Shown piece after piece: positions 18,694 through 27,588 of a DNA stretch of 64,000 nt. A program made the translations under genes and the position numbers. Source of the DNA: an uncultured bacterium (GTDB taxonomy: Bacteria; Latescibacterota; MWCZ01; CAZVGZ01); the NCBI GenBank assembly GCA_964627605.1, contig CAZVGZ010000007.1, positions 8,362 through 72,361 of the forward strand, given 5' to 3'. The first letter of the stretch is position 1. The number at the start of each line of letters is the position of its first letter. The notes beneath the pieces were generated by a model. It did not search any database. It was not told the DNA's origin and saw nothing but the letters and a program-made list of their open reading frames with translations.

Positions 18694-20235
18694 CTAGCGA
18701 ACCAGGACTAGCCGACGCACAGCTCTGTGGTCGCCCATCCTGATTTCTGCCAGATAGACGCCTGAGGACACCTCTCGTCCAGCGTCGTCAGTACCGGTCC
18801 AGACAACCGATCCTGCACCATGAACATCGATACCGACACTCAATTCACGAACCCGCTGCCCCATCAAATCGTAGATCGTGGCGGTCACTTGTGTCAGACC
18901 AGGGGCCGTGAAATGGATCTCGGTGCGGGGGTTAAAGGGGTTCGGTCGGGGGTGCTCCACGATCACCCGTGACGGCTCAGTGGATTCAGCAATTCCCACA
19001 ACAGTCGGATCGAATATCAGTAGAAACTCGCCGGGATAGGGTGTGTCGAGGAGAACACTCGCGACCGGCGGCTGTCCTGGGTCGGCTGGCAGCGTCAATC
19101 TCGCAATCTGAGTGGTTTCCTCGCTCCCTACGAACAGGTAGCGGATGCCATCAATGGTCGCCAACGCCAGAGATGTTGGCTTTGGAGGCACATCAGTGTA
19201 GATGTATTTTACAGCACTGGCGGCGGTAAACTCCTCTGCCCTGGCGTCTAACACCCAAACCTGGTTGGACTCTCTACAAGCGATGTAGGCGATGCCGTCT
19301 TCGCCAACAACCACATCGTGCGGCGCTCCACCCAGACCGGAGACCCGACCGTTTTTCAATAGCTCAGATGACGAGATGACATCCTGGCTCAGCGGAATCC
19401 TGACAACACTCGCCAACCCTTTGAATGTCACCAACGCAAAGCTGTTTGCCTGGTCCACCGCTACGCCGTGCGGCGCAGCACCTTGGGCGAGATCAAACAT
19501 CTGTGCGGCGTCGAAAATTATGCTGTCAAACGCTCGGTCCCAATAGACGGCGTGAACCATGTTGTCGCCGCCGGCGATGATCGCGTAGACCGCTCCTGTG
19601 TCACCACCGGCCAACCACAGATCAAAACGCACCGGTGCTCCCAGCCAGAACCCTGGGAGCGATGTGACCCTTTCGCCTGACGAAAAGTCCAACAACGTCA
19701 GTCTCGGGGTGGCATCATTCTCGTTAATAACGGCAACTATGTCGGTGCCTGGAATCGTCTTGGCACTGGTAGGATGGTTGTTTCCAGGCGCACCTGTGGC
19801 ATCGACTATGACGCCGACGCTATCCAGCACGGAGTAGGGGGATTCTGCGTCATAGACTATCATTTTTGTGTTCGCGCCTTCGTCGTTGCGACGGACGCTC
19901 ACAACTCGTGGTACACTCGGTACGAACGCCAGAGCCATTGGCCTGGGATTGACCCTCTCCTGCGCGTCGGTGCCCATCCCTAATTTCACCAACCAGTTGG
20001 CAGTGACGCTCATGGCTTTCGGGTCGATGACTGTGATCCCGCCCCTGTTGGTTGACGACGCCCAAAGCCTTGGTTGTGCTGTGGCTGTTCCCACTAGGGA
20101 TACCGCAGCTAGAAACACACACAGAGTTCGCCAATCTATCTTCGTCGGTTCTCGCTTTTTCGGCACGGCAATCAGTCCGTGCGAACGCCCAGTTTTGGAC
20201 GACCACGTCGAGCGATGATTAAGTGTGTGGCGCAT
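18694..20235 (-). CDS. Secreted beta-propeller (YVTN-like repeat) protein with C-terminal T9SS sorting domain
   Basis: Signal peptide LCVFLAAVSLVGTATA. The C-terminal ~80 aa (NPFNPRTEIHFTAPGLTQVTATIYDLMGQRVRELS...GVYLAEIRMGD...) matches the Por/T9SS C-terminal target (FlgD-Ig-like) domain. Start codon is uncertain. Confidence 0.7.
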   Translation of the reverse strand: MRHTLNHRSTWSSKTGRSHGLIAVPKKREPTKIDWRTLCVFLAAVSLVGTATAQPRLWASSTNRGGITVIDPKAMSVTANWLVKLGMGTDAQERVNPRPMALAFVPSVPRVVSVRRNDEGANTKMIVYDAESPYSVLDSVGVIVDATGAPGNNHPTSAKTIPGTDIVAVINENDATPRLTLLDFSSGERVTSLPGFWLGAPVRFDLWLAGGDTGAVYAIIAGGDNMVHAVYWDRAFDSIIFDAAQMFDLAQGAAPHGVAVDQANSFALVTFKGLASVVRIPLSQDVISSSELLKNGRVSGLGGAPHDVVVGEDGIAYIACRESNQVWVLDARAEEFTAASAVKYIYTDVPPKPTSLALATIDGIRYLFVGSEETTQIARLTLPADPGQPPVASVLLDTPYPGEFLLIFDPTVVGIAESTEPSRVIVEHPRPNPFNPRTEIHFTAPGLTQVTATIYDLMGQRVRELSVGIDVHGAGSVVWTGTDDAGREVSSGVYLAEIRMGDHRAVRRLVLVR

Positions 20236-20782
20236 GGTGGGGTGTCCTGGTTAAACGTTGGCGGACAGACACCAATAATAGGCTCCGATGGTATCTGTGG
20301 CAACGGTGCCATCAGTTTGCTGAGTGCCATATTTCCATCATTTATAACATCGTCCGAACCGCTCCGGTACGGCTTGCCGCAATGTCTGATCCCGGTTTCC
20401 GTACGCACCAATATCATCTATATGTATATGGCCTTGACCGGGGACCCAGGGTGAAACCATCCGCATGACCGTTACGCCATCAGGGGTCGAGGATGTCGAT
20501 CCACCCACTGCGGTGATTTCCCTGGTGGTTGTGGACCCGGATGAAGCTGACGTGCGCTCCGCTGAGGCGATATGGGGCACCTTCTGCCACTATATCTACT
20601 TCTTCGCATCCTTCGACGAAGGCGAAAAGTGAGCTGCCGACAGAGACGACATCGTTTTCGTCACGCCGCAGGAGGGCCACGAGTTGGTATGCGGCTGTGG
20701 TCGTCCGTATTTGATAGCGCCAAAGACATTGTAGGCGCTGTGGGGTGATATACCGCCATATCCACTACTGAAGGAGGTTCGC

Positions 20783-20911
20783 CATGATTCGCGTTCTCTA
20801 TTTTGAAGAAGGTTGCCCGCACCATGCGCCGACCTCCAAGCAGGTGCGAGCAATCGCTAACCGTGCAACGTCATCTCTCGCCGTAGAAGACATCGAAGTG
20901 ACAACGCTATA
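20783..20911 (+). pseudogene. Truncated or frameshifted small thioredoxin-family (redox-active disulfide protein 2-like) gene
   Basis: A strong Shine-Dalgarno (GAAGGAGG) precedes ATG at 20783. The product is MIRVLYFEEGCPHHAPTSKQVRAIANRATSSLAVEDIEVTTL, which resembles MKIEVLGTGCxxC...IDAEIEKV. It lacks the second Cys and stops at 43 aa. A family-like continuation (LGFLGSPTVTGKRG) is in another frame. Confidence 0.3.
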
Positions 20912-21965
20912 ACAGGCCCAGACACTTGGGTTCCTGGGATCGCCCACTGTAACAGGTAAACGGGGTGGACATAGAACCCGGTGTCGAAAAAGCTGTACCG
21001 GTCGAGTTTGCGTGCCGTGTATATCGTCTGGACTCAGGGTTAGGCGGGGTGCCTTCCATGGGGTGGTTGGAGCAAGCCTTAGAGGCACGAGGCGTCGCCT
21101 TGGGTCGTCACCTGAACTGACGCCGTGTTCGGGGAGCAGAGTTCGAGCACGCACCCAGAGAGTTTGCATTCACATACGACCAACCCCGATCTGACACCAC
21201 AAAAAAGTTCGTCGGTAAAGCCGCTGGGGGTTGCAGAACCTCGATAGTGAGCTAACTGGTTTTGTCACACATTGTTATGATTGATCCGACCTTTTTTGGC
21301 AGAAAAGACGACTGACGGCCCGCGATGTCGCAAGATAGTTTCTAACGGTGTCGTACCTGCCTATTCGATCGTCGGTAACTGTCCGCCAATACAGACTTTA
21401 TTTGGAAGACAATCGACAGCAAGTGGATATACCCCCATGGGTATATTAGCGCTAAGTCGTGTTGAGGGCGAGACTGAGAGATTTTTTGGCGAGTTGCGGG
21501 GATTTTTTTTTGAGATTCTTACGCCCCGACGCAGCAAGGGCTGATGGACTGCCTCGCCACAAACACTGTGCCCTCCAACGTCTTTGTTGTTCGCCATTGG
21601 CTCGCAACTTTTTACCCGTATGAGACGCCCCCCCCAAATACCCTGTGATTCCCTGGACCGGTCTGCACTGCCCAAAACTTCAGCTTGGCGACCTCAACTG
21701 TGTTTGCTAGGTTCATCGTCGAGAGAGGGATTTCTTGTTACGGTAACGGAGGACTCAGCCTCTAGACCGGGTCGTAGTGAGGAAATGGTCTGCCGAAGTT
21801 CTTGAGGGGAGTACCGCGAAAGCACACCTCCAAACAGTCATCAAGTCTCTTTAGCGTGCGTGTTGTAGCATTCTCAGTGTAACAAACACTAGAATTGCGA
21901 GCGCTAAGAGTATGTTTTGACCTGTAGGCATCGACATCCATAATTCCTAGGGAGTTGTAAACCGG

Positions 21966-23330
21966 ATGAGCGCATCCCCCGCAGACGTTTGGGCCGAGTG
22001 TCTGTCGGCTTTGGATGGAAAGGCAAATGCAGGAGAGGTGGATGAATGGCTTCGTCCGTTGGTGTGTCAACGTTTCGACGGCGCAGAGATCGTCCTTCAG
22101 GCCGCCGACCATGCAGCAGCCCAACAGGTGGAATCCCGTTACCGCAGGCCACTCCAACAGGCGGTGCGTCAAGTGTCTGGACTGCGCCCGTCCCTCAAAA
22201 TAATCGTCCGAAGTAACAGCTCAACGGTTCGCGAACCGGCCAAGCCTGTCGATGTCGGGGTGACACAGGAGATAGCGCCCGCTGAAACCAGTGAGCGGCT
22301 GAATCAAAATTATACGTTCGACAACCTAGTCATCGGCGAGGGAAACCGTTGGGCGGCGCTAGCGGCGCACGCGGTGAGTGAGTGTCCCGGCAACTCTGGG
22401 GCAAACCCGCTTCTACTCCACGGCCCAGCGGGATTGGGCAAGACGCACATCATGCAGGCGGTCGCCCACCGATGCTCTGTCGGCCCTAACACTCGACGCA
22501 CCCGATACGTGACCTCCGAGGGATTGATGCGCGACTTCGTAAACGCGATAAAATCCAAACGGATGAACCAATTTGTTGACCGGTACCGCCAAGCGGAGAT
22601 ACTGCTCGTAGAAGACATACAGTTCCTATCTGGCAAACAGAAGCTGCAAGAGGAGTTTTTCCACACATTCAACGCTCTCCACCAGGAGGGCAACCAGATT
22701 GTCCTGTCCGCCGACCGTAGTCCCAGCCAGGTTGACGGTATAGATGAACGGCTGACCAGTCGTTTTCAGTGGGGCATCGTCGCTGAGATCTGCCGGCCGG
22801 ACTTAGAGACTAGGGCCGCCATTCTTCAGCAGAAAGCTCTTCAGAGAGGCGTCGGGCTTCCTGACGATGTGACTGGTTACCTTGCCGCGAGGATCAGCGG
22901 GAACATCCGAGAACTGGAAGGTGCTCTAAACTTCCTTTTCTTGCTGTGCGACCATCTTGGCGAACAGGCGTCAATATCGCTCGCTGAGAAGGCTCTCAAT
23001 CAGAACCTGAAGCTCCCGGCACCAAGGGGCCATCTTACTATAGACTGCATTCAAGAGGCGGTGTCAACTGATTTCGAGGTTCCCAAAAAAGAGCTGCTAG
23101 GCGGATCGCGAAAAAGAGATGTCACCGTGGCCCGGCAGGCGGCAATGTACCTCTGCAAGAAACTGACCCCCTATTCCCTTTCGCGGATCGCAGGCCACTT
23201 TCACCGCCGCGACCACACCACCGTAAGACACGCCTGCAGACGAACCGGGGAGCGGATGGAGAACGACACCCAATTTGCTCGACGGATTTCAGCGTTGTCG
23301 ATGGCCGTCGGTGGCCGCGCACTGATCTAG
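21966..23330 (+). CDS. dnaA: Chromosomal replication initiator protein DnaA
   Basis: Walker A is GPAGLGKTHIMQAV. AAA+ sensor motifs are present. The C-terminal DNA-binding domain is RQAAMYLCKKLTPYSLSRIAGHFHRRDHTTVRHA. Confidence 0.95.
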   Translation: MSASPADVWAECLSALDGKANAGEVDEWLRPLVCQRFDGAEIVLQAADHAAAQQVESRYRRPLQQAVRQVSGLRPSLKIIVRSNSSTVREPAKPVDVGVTQEIAPAETSERLNQNYTFDNLVIGEGNRWAALAAHAVSECPGNSGANPLLLHGPAGLGKTHIMQAVAHRCSVGPNTRRTRYVTSEGLMRDFVNAIKSKRMNQFVDRYRQAEILLVEDIQFLSGKQKLQEEFFHTFNALHQEGNQIVLSADRSPSQVDGIDERLTSRFQWGIVAEICRPDLETRAAILQQKALQRGVGLPDDVTGYLAARISGNIRELEGALNFLFLLCDHLGEQASISLAEKALNQNLKLPAPRGHLTIDCIQEAVSTDFEVPKKELLGGSRKRDVTVARQAAMYLCKKLTPYSLSRIAGHFHRRDHTTVRHACRRTGERMENDTQFARRISALSMAVGGRALI

Positions 23331-23479
23331 GCACGACTCGCCGCATCGTCCCACAGGAGACTCTCAACGTCTGGACGTTCTTCGTGCAGCCCTTGAGACT
23401 CATTCGCCGATGCGGTCGACAGGCTTGGCGGTGGGTGTTTTCACGATCTGCGGAATCACCCGAAAATACGCCCCACAGA

Positions 23480-23835
23480 TCTCCACAAACCTCACCACCC
23501 GATTCTACTTGAGGCGCCTAGAAACCAGCCACAGAACCAACGAACACCCCGAATACAGATATATGCACCCACCAAAAATCGCTAAATCTCATCCACATTC
23601 TATACACAATGCCGATGACTGTCCACAGGTTGCAGTGCGACGTCCACAATGGCGCTGTCCTCTGGTGGATGATATCCACGATCCATACACATAACATCCC
23701 CTTTTCTGTCGTAGGGGAGTAGTCACTATTAATCCCTGTACAACAATATGATAGGTGTGTTTGAAGTGTGCTGTCCACATATGCACGGCTCCCTACTATT
23801 TCCACTTTTTTGTAGACTATCCTATTTCAATTAGA
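23480..23835. promoter_or_regulatory. Putative oriC: DnaA-box cluster plus AT-rich unwinding element downstream of dnaA
   Basis: At least 7 TCCACA-core boxes lie within 300 bp. They are TCTCCACAA 23480, TCATCCACA 23589, TGTCCACAG 23620, CGTCCACAA 23641, TGGTGGATGA 23663 (reverse), ATATCCACG 23672 and TGTCCACAT 23772. AT-rich tracts follow at 23700-23760 and 23795-23835. Confidence 0.5.
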
Positions 23836-23949
23836 TGGGTTGGAGGAGGGCCTACAGTGATCGTGAAAAAAGTTGGAGCGCACCTCCTGGTCTGGACAGA
23901 AAGCGTATGAAGGTTGTAGTTTGCCTGAGGGACGGAAGGAGACGCCCTT

Positions 23950-24063
23950 ATGGCGGTCAGACGGAGATTCACACAGGAATTCAAGCTGGCGGTTGTCAGG
24001 GAATATCTGGCAGGGGGCGTGAGCCGCGCAGCGCTGGCGCGCCAGTATGACGTTGCCCCTGGT
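23950..24063 (+). mobile_element. Remnant of IS3-family transposase OrfA (N-terminal HTH fragment only)
   Basis: MAVRRRFTQEFKLAVVREYLAGGVSRAALARQYDVAPGQ resembles IS3/IS911 OrfA N-termini (RRKFS.EFK..AV.....G.SV..VAR..GV). Homology ends after about 38 aa. No OrfB and no inverted repeats were found. Confidence 0.35.
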
Positions 24064-24196
24064 CAGGAAATTGGGGGCACCCTAACGGCCCAGATACTAG
24101 CTCTCGACATGGACCGGTTTCAGGGAAGCAAGTCACAATCACCGCAAGTTGATAGAAGGAACCTGTAGGGATAACGAGCATCATGAAGGGGAACAT

Positions 24197-27121
24197 ATGA
24201 TGAGCAAGTGCATATTCCCGCATAAATCTTATCTGGTACTGTTGCTCGTTGTCGTTGGGATGCTGATCAGCGTTGGTACGACATACGCTGGCCAGGCTAC
24301 CGGAGACGCGACAACTGAACGTCTGGAACGAGTCGTCGATCTGGATGTCGATGAGTGGTCGTTCAAATGGGGAGACTTCGATGGCCCGGTGCACCCGAGC
24401 TATGACGACTCTGACTGGGAGACCGTCGGGACAGACCATCGATGGCTTCCGCCGAACTCAAAAGCGTGGTACCGCAAGTGGATTACGATCCCCGAAAAGA
24501 TCGCCGGTGTCGACGTGCGTGGCTCGAAGGTCTGGTTGTGGATGCAATTCGACGACGACGGGATCGTGTTTGTGAATGGTGAACTCGTCGAAACGAGCAA
24601 CCAGGCAGAAGGGCGTGTGGCGGTTCTGACCGAGTCGGCCGAACCAGGCGCGCGCATATTAGTGACGATCCAGAACATCAACAACGCCGTCTCAGGCAGT
24701 CTGGAGAGCGCTGAACTGCACTCGGACAGAGGTGAGCCTGTCGTACTGGGCATCCGGCGGTATCTATCGGCACTCAGGCAGACCAGTGGACTTGGTTTCG
24801 CCGGGGATAACAGGCTCATCCGCGACCGCGCGCTGACCGAATCCGTCGCCATGCTGGATATGGCAGCGCTGGATCGGGGTGAAACCGATGCATTCATTGC
24901 GTCGCTCGATCATGCAGTCGAAAGACTCGCCGGACCTCTCGATCTCATACGCTCAAGTACCGAGCCGCAGCTAGATGAGGCGGCTCGCCTCCTGGGTGAA
25001 CTGGACGAGTTGTTGGCTACTGCACGCGAGCGTGGCATTGACATATCGTACCCGCTTGTCTCGCGCACTGTGGTCAACAACTTTCTGACATTCGCCAGAG
25101 ACGACCTTGGCGCCGATGAGTCACTCACAGTGCTACGTGGAGTCGCTGTCGCCGATCAACTGATCGCTATTTGCCGCCGTGCGAGCGCTGAGACACATCG
25201 CCTTTTGTCCGATGAACGATTCGCGGCCAATCACCGCACACCACGGTATCGCACAGGCACACTGGAGATCAGGGATGGCGCCCTCTACCAGGGCGACAGA
25301 CCGGTGTTTCTCTCAGGATTCGGTCACTTCGACCAAGTTCGCGATGACACCCCCATCTTCAACGACTACGGGTTCAACGCCATCCAGATTGTCATCGGTC
25401 CGGGAGGAGTAGTCAAACGCGATAGTATAGACACGACCGGTATTGACAATCTTGTTAACGATTTGGACCGCGCCGCGGAGCACAACGTCGCAGTCGACTT
25501 ACTCATCCTCGACAGCTTCCCTGGATGGCCGTATGACGATGAGCCGGGCTTGCGCGTCGAACAGACCGGGTCGCTTTGTTTCAACATTGAGCACCCTCTT
25601 GCTCGCAAGGTTCTTCGACGCTACCTCGAAGCACTCATTCCGCCGATTGCCGTTCACCCAGCTCTCTTCTCGATTTGTCTGACGAACGAACCTTCCTATA
25701 CCGACGACGGGTCGATATCCGAGCGAGAATTCCATCGTTGGCTGATGGAGAAACATGGATCGATCGGTGCGCTCAACACTCGCTACCGGACTTCCTACAC
25801 CGGCTTCGACGAGGCGCCTCTGCCAACACGAGCAGGCATCTTCGACGGCGATCCACCACGACCGGTCTGGTATGACTGGTGCATATACAACCAGAACCGC
25901 ACGTACGAGCATCATCGCTGGTTGAGGGATGTGATCGCGACGATGGCCCCGAATCTTCCAGTGCATGTGAAGATCCAGGGTCGAGTCTTCGACGGTGAGT
26001 ACCCGTATTCGTGGGGCATCAATCCTGAAGACTTCACCCGCTTGAGCACCATCAGCGGTGGTGACAACCATTCTTACGACCAGACCGCTTTACACCGCGA
26101 GTACGCACAAGGATGGCGTCGTCAAGCGATGTTCTACGACTTTCAGCGCTCAGTGGCTCCGGCCAACCCGATCTTCAACTCAGAGAACCATCCTATCGAA
26201 GATGCTGTGCCGATTTGGGTCGGTAGCGATCATATGCGGACAATGCTCTGGCAAGGTGCGATCCACGGACAAGGTGCATCTACGACATGGGTATGGCAAC
26301 GTTATCTGAGTCAGAGAGGTTCCTTTGCGAGCAACATCCTCACTCGCCCCAAATGCGTCGATGCATCGGGACGGACAGCGCTCGATCTCATGCGTCTTGG
26401 CGACGAAATAGTAACCCTCCAGCAGGCCAGAGCAGAGGTGGCGATTCTGTTTACGCCGGCGTCGATTCCGCAGAACGAACCGTATCTGGATGAATCGAAG
26501 AACGCTTACGAGGGTCTTTACTTCCTCGACACACCGATACGCTTCGTGACCGACCGCATTGCCACCCGCGACATTTCAGGATACCGAGTGCTGGTTGCGC
26601 CTGGAAATACATACGTCGCTGACTCAACGACGGGCGCGATCACTCGGTTCGTGCAGGAAGGTGGCACGCTGTTGCTGGTCGGTGATGCGCTCACACACGA
26701 CGAGTACGGTCGAGAGCGCAGCCGCGGCACGACGCCGATCCTGCCGCAGTCGGCGGCGCAAGCACCGGGTACAACCTGGCAGGTCGGCGCCGGGCGAGTT
26801 GTCCATGTTGCCGCTTCGATGGAGCCGAAACAATATGCCGACAAGCTCGATCGACTGCTCGACGACGTGGGTGTAGCACGGAAAATCCGCGTCGTCGATC
26901 ACCACCAAAGTCGTGTGTGGGGAGTGCGAACACAGACAGTAGAACGTGATGGTGAGTATCTCATCTACCTTGTGAACCTGCTCAGCCGGTCGCAGGCAGT
27001 GAGGCTCGTGGCTGATGGTCCGCTTGGCTCGGTGACCGACCTGCTGACCAGTGAGCGATCGGGACCGCTGCTGGAACTGAAGCCGTTGGTTCCGATGGTG
27101 TTGTCGGTACAGAAACTGTAG
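24197..27121 (+). CDS. Secreted GH42-like glycoside hydrolase with N-terminal beta-sandwich domain (putative beta-galactosidase-family)
   Basis: Start is ATGATG at 24197 with a signal peptide. The TIM-barrel region NAIQIVIGPGG...AAEHNVAVDLLILDSFPGWPYDD...CLTNEPSY resembles GH42 around the NEY motif. A C-terminal GH42-type trimerisation/GATase-like domain is present (VLVAPGNTYVADSTTGAITRFVQEGGTLLLVGDAL). Confidence 0.7.
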   Translation: MMSKCIFPHKSYLVLLLVVVGMLISVGTTYAGQATGDATTERLERVVDLDVDEWSFKWGDFDGPVHPSYDDSDWETVGTDHRWLPPNSKAWYRKWITIPEKIAGVDVRGSKVWLWMQFDDDGIVFVNGELVETSNQAEGRVAVLTESAEPGARILVTIQNINNAVSGSLESAELHSDRGEPVVLGIRRYLSALRQTSGLGFAGDNRLIRDRALTESVAMLDMAALDRGETDAFIASLDHAVERLAGPLDLIRSSTEPQLDEAARLLGELDELLATARERGIDISYPLVSRTVVNNFLTFARDDLGADESLTVLRGVAVADQLIAICRRASAETHRLLSDERFAANHRTPRYRTGTLEIRDGALYQGDRPVFLSGFGHFDQVRDDTPIFNDYGFNAIQIVIGPGGVVKRDSIDTTGIDNLVNDLDRAAEHNVAVDLLILDSFPGWPYDDEPGLRVEQTGSLCFNIEHPLARKVLRRYLEALIPPIAVHPALFSICLTNEPSYTDDGSISEREFHRWLMEKHGSIGALNTRYRTSYTGFDEAPLPTRAGIFDGDPPRPVWYDWCIYNQNRTYEHHRWLRDVIATMAPNLPVHVKIQGRVFDGEYPYSWGINPEDFTRLSTISGGDNHSYDQTALHREYAQGWRRQAMFYDFQRSVAPANPIFNSENHPIEDAVPIWVGSDHMRTMLWQGAIHGQGASTTWVWQRYLSQRGSFASNILTRPKCVDASGRTALDLMRLGDEIVTLQQARAEVAILFTPASIPQNEPYLDESKNAYEGLYFLDTPIRFVTDRIATRDISGYRVLVAPGNTYVADSTTGAITRFVQEGGTLLLVGDALTHDEYGRERSRGTTPILPQSAAQAPGTTWQVGAGRVVHVAASMEPKQYADKLDRLLDDVGVARKIRVVDHHQSRVWGVRTQTVERDGEYLIYLVNLLSRSQAVRLVADGPLGSVTDLLTSERSGPLLELKPLVPMVLSVQKL

Positions 27122-27588
27122 GTAGCGAGCAACGTTGATCTGACGCAGATGGGTTGCCAACCCAGATATGTTGATGGAAGGCGCACCGGTCCTCGTACCT
27201 GGCGCCGGATGTGTGAGACAGTGATCGCGCACAGCATCCTGATCGTCTGCGAGATCCCATAGGATGCGAGCGGCGAGTCCATGGACAACTCACATCCTGG
27301 CCTCAGATTCGTCCGCGATGCCGCACAGTTCATGTTGTGACTGCCCACATACCGGGCATACCAACTACGGGAGTAGATCATGCACTACCCCATCAGACTG
27401 ATGCATTCAGATCTTACCTGTCGTAAGAGATTTCCACTGATTGTCACCCAGGACGATCCTGAAGAGGTGAATATGCCCGATATCCATACACGTTCCTGTT
27501 CATCTCGTTGACGTGGCACTTTGCCGTTCAGGATATTCGAGCGAAGCCGCGACACATTCCGTCCTTCAGTTTGGAAAGAGGTGGTGTC

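Noticed and set aside
20172-20680. Several 60-90 aa ORFs upstream of the T9SS gene
   Set aside because: No Shine-Dalgarno, no homology, mutually overlapping frames.
21470-21500. CTGAGAG motif reminiscent of the TPP riboswitch core, upstream of dnaA
   Set aside because: The other conserved TPP-riboswitch elements (ACCC pairing, CCUGAUCUGGAUAAUGCC-like junction) are absent. No downstream thiamine-related gene.
23410-23694. 94-aa plus-strand ORF within the putative oriC
   Set aside because: It overlaps the DnaA-box cluster. No homology. Likely spurious.
25499-26071. 190-aa minus-strand ORF inside the GH42-like gene
   Set aside because: Antisense to a homologous gene. No domain signal.
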